DNA of 64,000 nucleotides from an uncultured Bacilli bacterium (GTDB taxonomy: Bacteria; Bacillota_I; Bacilli_A; RF39; UBA660), in the NCBI GenBank assembly GCA_934162195.1, contig CAKPHO010000001.1, positions 81,281 to 145,280 on the forward strand, read 5' to 3'. Below, piece after piece: positions 58,650 to 64,000 of this stretch (positions are counted from its first letter, which is position 1; each line of letters starts with the position of its first letter). Under the pieces are notes generated by a model. It was given only the letters and a program-made list of their open reading frames with translations. It was not told the DNA's origin and searched no databases. The position numbers and the translations under genes were made by a program.

Positions 58650-59096
58650 ATGTCGAAATTTTGTTCAAATTGTGGAGAAAAAATGAATGATGGGGCTAAA
58701 TTTTGTGATAAATGTGGAGCTTCAGTTGAAAAGAAAGTTAATTTGCAACCATCACTAATTACTAAAAGAGATATCGTAGTTGCTATAATTTTAACGTTTG
58801 TTACATGTGGTATTTATGGCATTTATTGGTTTATTGTTATGACTGATGATGTTAATAGTTTAAGTGATGAAAAAATGGCCAGCGGAGGTACTGCATTTTT
58901 ATATTCAATTTTAACTTGTGGAATATACGCTTTATATTGGAATTATAAGGTTGGTCAAAAAATGGCTGAAGCAGGTAAAAAATATAATAAGCCAATAAAT
59001 GATAATTCAGTATTATATTTAGTTTTATCAATTTTTGGACTTGGATTAGTTAATTACTGCTTAATTCAAAGTGATTTAAATAGATTTGCAGACTAA
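58650..59096 (+). CDS. Zinc-ribbon + DUF4234 membrane protein
   Basis: CSNCGEKM..CDKCG zinc ribbon, then two TCGIY..YW repeats typical of DUF4234. The start is at ATG 58650. Confidence 0.65.
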   Translation: MSKFCSNCGEKMNDGAKFCDKCGASVEKKVNLQPSLITKRDIVVAIILTFVTCGIYGIYWFIVMTDDVNSLSDEKMASGGTAFLYSILTCGIYALYWNYKVGQKMAEAGKKYNKPINDNSVLYLVLSIFGLGLVNYCLIQSDLNRFAD

Positions 59097-59464
59097 TGAA
59101 AAAGAAATTACCATTTATTTTATTTTGTATAATATTACTTTTTGTTTATTTTATTATTTATGAATTATTAGGATTTTCTGTACCATGCTTGTTTCATAAA
59201 ATTACTCATTTATATTGCCCAGGGTGTGGTGTTACAAGATTATTATTTTCTTTACTAAAATTAGATTTTTATCAAGCATTTAGGTATAATCCTCTAATTT
59301 TTGTACTATTAATTTGTTATGTTATCTATAAGTTAATTAACTTAAAATACCATTTTAAACTACCAAAATATACAGTATATATAGTCCTTTTGGTAGTAAT
59401 ACTTTTTGGTGTACTTAGAAATATCGATACATTTAGTTTCTTAAAACCAACTAGAATAAATTAA
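59096..59464 (+). CDS. DUF2752 membrane protein
   Basis: VPCLFHKITHLYCPGCGVTR motif. The ATG overlaps the upstream stop (TAATG). Confidence 0.65.
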   Translation: MKKKLPFILFCIILLFVYFIIYELLGFSVPCLFHKITHLYCPGCGVTRLLFSLLKLDFYQAFRYNPLIFVLLICYVIYKLINLKYHFKLPKYTVYIVLLVVILFGVLRNIDTFSFLKPTRIN

Positions 59465-59542
59465 AAAATATAATAAAATTTTATACAGAAAAGTAAAATC
59501 ATTCATTTGATTTTATTTTTTTCATATATATAATGTATTTGG

Positions 59543-61081
59543 GTGATAATTTTGAATGATAAAATAAATTGTTTCTATTTAGATGAGCAACAGCAAAATA
59601 TTGTCTTAGATGAAAGTGATAGACTTTTAATAGTCGCAGGCGCCGGAAGTGGTAAAACATTGACAATATTGGGTAAAATCAATTATTTAATAAAATATAA
59701 AAATATTTCTCCTGATGAAATCTTATGTATTTCTTTTACTCGAGATAGTTCTAAAGGATTGAAAGATAAAATAAAAAAAGAGTTTAATGTTTCGATGCCA
59801 GTTTATACTTTCCATAAACTTGCGTTAACATTATTTTCTAAAAAGTACGAGATTGCAGATAATAATTTACTATCAGACATTATTAATAACTTTTTCACAA
59901 TAAAAATATTAGAATCTGATTTTCATATGAAATTACTTTTAAAATATTTTAATAACTATGAATTTTTTAATATAAAGAATAATTATTTAAAGTTTTATAA
60001 TGATAATAAACAAAATATATATCAGTTATCAAAAATATTAGAAACATTTATTAGATTATTTAAGTGTAATAATTATAAAATAGAAGATTTTAGTAGTTTT
60101 CTTAAAAAAATAAAAAGAACTATATCATATAAAAAATTTAGAAAAGAAAAAATATTTTTAATTTTTGCTTTAAATATTTATATTGAATATGAAAACTATT
60201 TAAAAGAAAATAATGAAATAGATTTTGATGATATGATTATTAATGCAACAAAAGAAGTGGAAGACAATGGTTTAAAGAATAAATTTGACTATGTAATAAT
60301 TGATGAGTATCAAGATACATCAGTAATTAGATTTAATTTAATTAAAAGTATTTTAGAAAAAAGCCAAGCTAAATTAATGGTTGTTGGAGATGATTTTCAA
60401 TCTATATATCGTTTTAATGGATGCGATATATCTTTGTTTTTAAATTTTAAAGATATGTTTAAACGAGCAAAGGTATTAAAAATAGAAACAACGTATCGTA
60501 ATAGTCAGGAACTTGTAGATGTTGCAGGAAAGTTTATTATGAATAATAAATACCAAATTAAAAAAGATTTGGTGTCACACAAACACAATATAAAACCAGT
60601 GAAAATAATCAAATATAAAGATAGAAAAGGTATTCTTTTAAAAATAATAAATTTGATTACAAAGGAGAATAGTTCAATAATGATCTTAGGTCGAAACAAT
60701 AATGACATTAATTACTATGTAGATGAGAATTTTAAAGTAGAAAAAGATGGCGTAATAAGTTTAAAAAATAGAAATATAGATCTTAGATATCTAACAGTTC
60801 ATAAGTCAAAAGGACTAGAAGCTGATAATGTTATTGTTATTAATATGAATAATGATAAACTTGGTTTCCCGAGTCAGATTGAAGAAGATAAAATTTTAAG
60901 GTTGGTAAATAAAAGCAAAGAAAACTTTTCATTTGAAGAAGAACGAAGATTATTTTATGTCGCTCTTACGAGGACCAAAAATAACGTTTATTTGTTAACG
61001 CAAAAAAATAAAGAATCTATCTTTATTAAGGAATTAGAAAAAGAACACAAAAAAAATATAGAGATAATAAATTATAACTAA
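59543..61081 (+). CDS. UvrD/REP-superfamily (SF1) helicase, short form
   Basis: Walker A AGAGSGKT, IIDEYQDT, VGDDFQSIYRF, TVHKSKGLEADNV and LFYVALTRTK. Confidence 0.8.
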   Translation: MIILNDKINCFYLDEQQQNIVLDESDRLLIVAGAGSGKTLTILGKINYLIKYKNISPDEILCISFTRDSSKGLKDKIKKEFNVSMPVYTFHKLALTLFSKKYEIADNNLLSDIINNFFTIKILESDFHMKLLLKYFNNYEFFNIKNNYLKFYNDNKQNIYQLSKILETFIRLFKCNNYKIEDFSSFLKKIKRTISYKKFRKEKIFLIFALNIYIEYENYLKENNEIDFDDMIINATKEVEDNGLKNKFDYVIIDEYQDTSVIRFNLIKSILEKSQAKLMVVGDDFQSIYRFNGCDISLFLNFKDMFKRAKVLKIETTYRNSQELVDVAGKFIMNNKYQIKKDLVSHKHNIKPVKIIKYKDRKGILLKIINLITKENSSIMILGRNNNDINYYVDENFKVEKDGVISLKNRNIDLRYLTVHKSKGLEADNVIVINMNNDKLGFPSQIEEDKILRLVNKSKENFSFEEERRLFYVALTRTKNNVYLLTQKNKESIFIKELEKEHKKNIEIINYN

Positions 61082-61123
61082 AAAATGTATGATGTGTTAT
61101 AATAATGTGAGTGGAGGGATATT

Positions 61124-61864
61124 ATGTCTAATAAAGTAGTATTAATAACAGGTGCAAGTAGAGGAATCGGAGCAGAAGCAGCTAAAGTATTTGCTAGCAA
61201 TAATTATAATGTAGTAATAAATTATAATAATAGTCCTGATGTAGCACTTAAATTAAAAGAAGAAATAGAAAATAAATATCATGTAATAGCGATATGTATT
61301 AAATGTGATGTTTCAAATGAATTAGAAGTAAAAAGTATGGTGGAAAAAGCTATCGATACATTTGGACATATAGATGTGTTAGTTAATAATGCCGGTATTG
61401 CTATTGATACAACTTTTGAAGATAAAACAGCAGAAAATTTTAGAAAGATTTTAGATACTAATTTAATAGGAACATTTATTGTTAGTAAATGTGCTGGTAA
61501 AAATATGTTAGAAAATAAAAGTGGCGCAATTATTAATGTTGCATCGACTAATGGAATAGACACAATATATCCTGAGAGTTTAGATTATGATGCATCAAAA
61601 GCAGGAGTAATATCTTTAACTAAGAACTTAGCTCTACAATATGCCCCTTATATAAGAGTTAATGCTGTAGCGCCAGGTTGGGTTAATACAGATATGAATA
61701 AAGAACTAGACCAAGCTTTTATTGAAAAAGAAAATGAAAAAATACTATTAAATAGATTTGCACAACCTGAAGAAATTGCTAAAGTTATTTACTTTTTAGC
61801 AACTCCAGATGCAAGTTATATAAATTCAGAAGTAATTAGAATAGATGGAGGATTTAAATGTTAG
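61124..61864 (+). CDS. Short-chain dehydrogenase/reductase (FabG-like)
   Basis: TGASRGIG, NNAG and the catalytic YDASKAG. Confidence 0.85.
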   Translation: MSNKVVLITGASRGIGAEAAKVFASNNYNVVINYNNSPDVALKLKEEIENKYHVIAICIKCDVSNELEVKSMVEKAIDTFGHIDVLVNNAGIAIDTTFEDKTAENFRKILDTNLIGTFIVSKCAGKNMLENKSGAIINVASTNGIDTIYPESLDYDASKAGVISLTKNLALQYAPYIRVNAVAPGWVNTDMNKELDQAFIEKENEKILLNRFAQPEEIAKVIYFLATPDASYINSEVIRIDGGFKC

Positions 61865-63108
61865 AAGAATTCAAAATAAATGATAAAGTTTTAAGTTTAT
61901 CTAAAGAAATAGAACCAGAATTAAATGTTGAATTTAAAAAAATTGATGAGATATGTGAAATCAATAGTTTAAAGGTACTTTCTGCTTTTCATAAGCATCA
62001 ACTTTCTGATTCACATTTTAATCAAACAACAGGTTATGGATATGATGATTTAGGAAGAGATGCTTTAGAGCAAGTTTATGCAACTATTTTTAAAGCGGAG
62101 GATGCATTAGTTAGAACACAATTTATTTCTGGTACTCATGCTTTAACAGTAACTCTTTTCGGACTTTTAAGACCAAATGATACTTTGCTTTCTATTACGG
62201 GAAAACCATATGATACATTAGATGAAGTAATTGGTATTGTTCCAAATAACAGTTCTTTAAAATCATTTAATATTAACTATGAACAAATTGATCTTGTTGA
62301 TAATGATTTTGATTATGAAAAAATAGAAAAAAAATTAAAAGAAAAATTTATTAAAGTAATAGAAATTCAAAGATCAAAAGGATATTCTACAAGAAAGAGT
62401 ATTGTTATAAGTAAGGTAGAAAAAGTAATTAAATTAATAAAAGAAGTATCTCCAGAGACTATCGTTATGATAGATAATTGTTATTGCGAATTTGTTTCAG
62501 ATAGAGAACCTATTGAAGTAGGCGCTGATATTGCTGTAGGTTCACTTATTAAAAATTTAGGTGGAGGAATAGCTCCAAACGGTGCTTATGTTGTTGGAAG
62601 AAAAGATTTAGTAGAATTAGTTGCGGAAAGATTAACTGCTCCTGGAGAAGGTAAAGAAGTTGGACCTTCGTTAGGAATGAATAAGTCTTTAATTCAAGGA
62701 TTGTTTATGGCACCTAGTGTTGTAGCTAGTAGTTTAAAAACTGCAGTATTTGCAAGTTTGATGTTAGAAAAATTAGGGTATGCTGTTGAACCAAAATATA
62801 ATGAAGAAAGAGCTGATATAGTTCAAAACATTATATTTAAAGATTCTGAAAAATTAGTAAGATATTGTCAAGGAATTCAACAAGCTTCACCAATTGATTC
62901 TCACGTGACTCCAGAACCATGGGATATGCCAGGATATACTGATAAGGTAATTATGGCTGCAGGAACATTTACTCAAGGATCATCAATTGAGCTTTCATGC
63001 GATGGACCTATTAGAGATCCTTATATTGCATATGAACAAGGTGGACTTACTTATGAATATGGTAAAATAGGAGTTATGAAAGCTATATCAAACTTATTAA
63101 ATCAGTAG
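61858..63108 (+). CDS. ynbB: YnbB-family (Met-gamma-lyase-like / aluminium-resistance) PLP protein
   Basis: 416 aa with ..TGYGYDDLGRD.. and ..GSLIKNLGGGIAP.. blocks typical of the family. Confidence 0.75.
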   Translation: MLEEFKINDKVLSLSKEIEPELNVEFKKIDEICEINSLKVLSAFHKHQLSDSHFNQTTGYGYDDLGRDALEQVYATIFKAEDALVRTQFISGTHALTVTLFGLLRPNDTLLSITGKPYDTLDEVIGIVPNNSSLKSFNINYEQIDLVDNDFDYEKIEKKLKEKFIKVIEIQRSKGYSTRKSIVISKVEKVIKLIKEVSPETIVMIDNCYCEFVSDREPIEVGADIAVGSLIKNLGGGIAPNGAYVVGRKDLVELVAERLTAPGEGKEVGPSLGMNKSLIQGLFMAPSVVASSLKTAVFASLMLEKLGYAVEPKYNEERADIVQNIIFKDSEKLVRYCQGIQQASPIDSHVTPEPWDMPGYTDKVIMAAGTFTQGSSIELSCDGPIRDPYIAYEQGGLTYEYGKIGVMKAISNLLNQ

Positions 63109-63215
63109 AAATAATGTACGATAAATCTTTTGAACATTTTTTAAATTCACAGTATATAAAAACAGTATTAAAATAATATTTATTTTGTGATATAATTAAA
63201 TTAGGAGTGAAGATT

Positions 63216-63968
63216 ATGGAAAAGAAAGAATTGTTAAACGAAGAGAATTATGAAAAAACTAAAAAGAAAATTACTACAATATCTTTAATAGTACTTATTG
63301 TTGCATTATTAATAGGTGGTTCATTAATAGCACTTGGTATTATTAAAACAAACACATCTAAGAAAAATGCTGAAAAGATAAATCAAGAAAGATATAATGT
63401 TGCATATCAAGAATCTCAAAAGCAAGTTGCACAAACAGAACAAAGATTAAAAGAAATAGCTAGTGAAAAAGAATCATTAAATTTACAATATGATGCTAAA
63501 AATCAAGAGTGTGATTCTCTAGATATGAGTGCCAAAGATTGGTATTCAAAAGTTAATCAATGTCGTAGAGATGCTAGTGCAATTAGATCTAAAATTACTG
63601 ATTTAGAAACAGAAGAATTTAAATTAAACAATAAAAATCATACTGTTTATTATGATAAAGTTGAAGCTAAAAATTATATTCCTTTATCTGTATTTGGTGG
63701 AGTAATATTATTTATTGGTGGGATGATTTCATTATCAATTTATTTAATAGCTAAAAAAAGAGATATCAGTGCTTTTGCAATTCAACAATCAATGCCTTTA
63801 GCACAAGAAGCTATTGAAAAAATGGCTCCAACAATTGGTGAAGCGGGGAAAACAGTTATTGATAAGGTTGGACCATCTATAGGAAATACTGCTGGTAGTA
63901 TTGCCAAAGGTATAACAAAAGGTATCAAAGACGGATTAAAAGACGAAGATGAAAGCGATGAAAAATAG
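63216..63968 (+). CDS. Hypothetical membrane protein with coiled-coil
   Basis: Two TM segments flank a coiled-coil region, with an acidic C-terminus. The start is at ATG 63216 behind GGAGTGA. A terminator follows the stop. Confidence 0.5.
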   Translation: MEKKELLNEENYEKTKKKITTISLIVLIVALLIGGSLIALGIIKTNTSKKNAEKINQERYNVAYQESQKQVAQTEQRLKEIASEKESLNLQYDAKNQECDSLDMSAKDWYSKVNQCRRDASAIRSKITDLETEEFKLNNKNHTVYYDKVEAKNYIPLSVFGGVILFIGGMISLSIYLIAKKRDISAFAIQQSMPLAQEAIEKMAPTIGEAGKTVIDKVGPSIGNTAGSIAKGITKGIKDGLKDEDESDEK

Positions 63969-64000
63969 GCGATGGATTTATCGCTTTTTTCATATTTTGT

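Noticed and set aside
59543-61081. The UvrD-like helicase as Gabija GajB
   Set aside because: The size is similar, but no OLD/TOPRIM ATPase (GajA) partner is adjacent. The neighbours are small membrane proteins and an SDR.
1-64000. CRISPR arrays, IS elements or transposases, rRNA operons, and large direct or inverted repeats
   Set aside because: Reading both strands showed no spaced identical repeats, no transposase- or integrase-like ORFs and no rRNA-like sequence. A computational self-alignment would be needed to exclude diverged repeats.

Overview
The window is the replication-origin region of a very AT-rich (about 70% A+T by eye), endospore-lineage Bacillota chromosome. The gene content is Bacillus-like, and the Mollicute-sized SRP RNA and the FemABX expansion hint at an Erysipelotrichia-like lineage, but the taxon cannot be fixed from sequence alone. 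dnaA-dnaN-(comK-like)-recF-gyrB-gyrA, then tadA-dnaX-ybaB-recR, run leftward on the minus strand from oriC at about 10.6-12.4 kb. rpmH-rnpA-yidC-jag-mnmE-mnmG-rsmG-noc run rightward, so genes are co-oriented with replication on both arms. After these come housekeeping blocks: pyk, uvrB, lgt-trxB-yvcK-whiA, rplI-dnaB-yycJ-rlmH, murA, rpmE, rpiB, typA and ddl. Sporulation genes are also present (spoIIR, spoIID, a spoIIQ-like gene, spoIIID, cotJB/JC), as is a cell-wall island at 34.4-45.6 kb. That island holds a translationally coupled aminotransferase and ATP-grasp ligase, three FemABX paralogues, a MurJ-like flippase and two M23 endopeptidases. RNA genes are a minimal SRP RNA and a lone tRNA-His. 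I saw no rRNA, CRISPR array, transposase or integrase. The most unusual signal is in chromosome organisation. The 287-bp tadA-gyrA spacer holds three consensus parS palindromes, one decayed copy, and a perfect Noc-binding-site (NBS) palindrome 18 bp from one of the parS sites. A second perfect NBS lies inside rsmG, and two NBS half-sites are built into the promoter of the adjacent ParB paralogue. That protein has a Noc-type recognition helix, no N-terminal membrane-targeting helix, and a roughly 170-residue low-complexity insertion. It is not followed by soj-spo0J. All calls come from reading the sequence and ORF translations and from motif recall. No database search was run.
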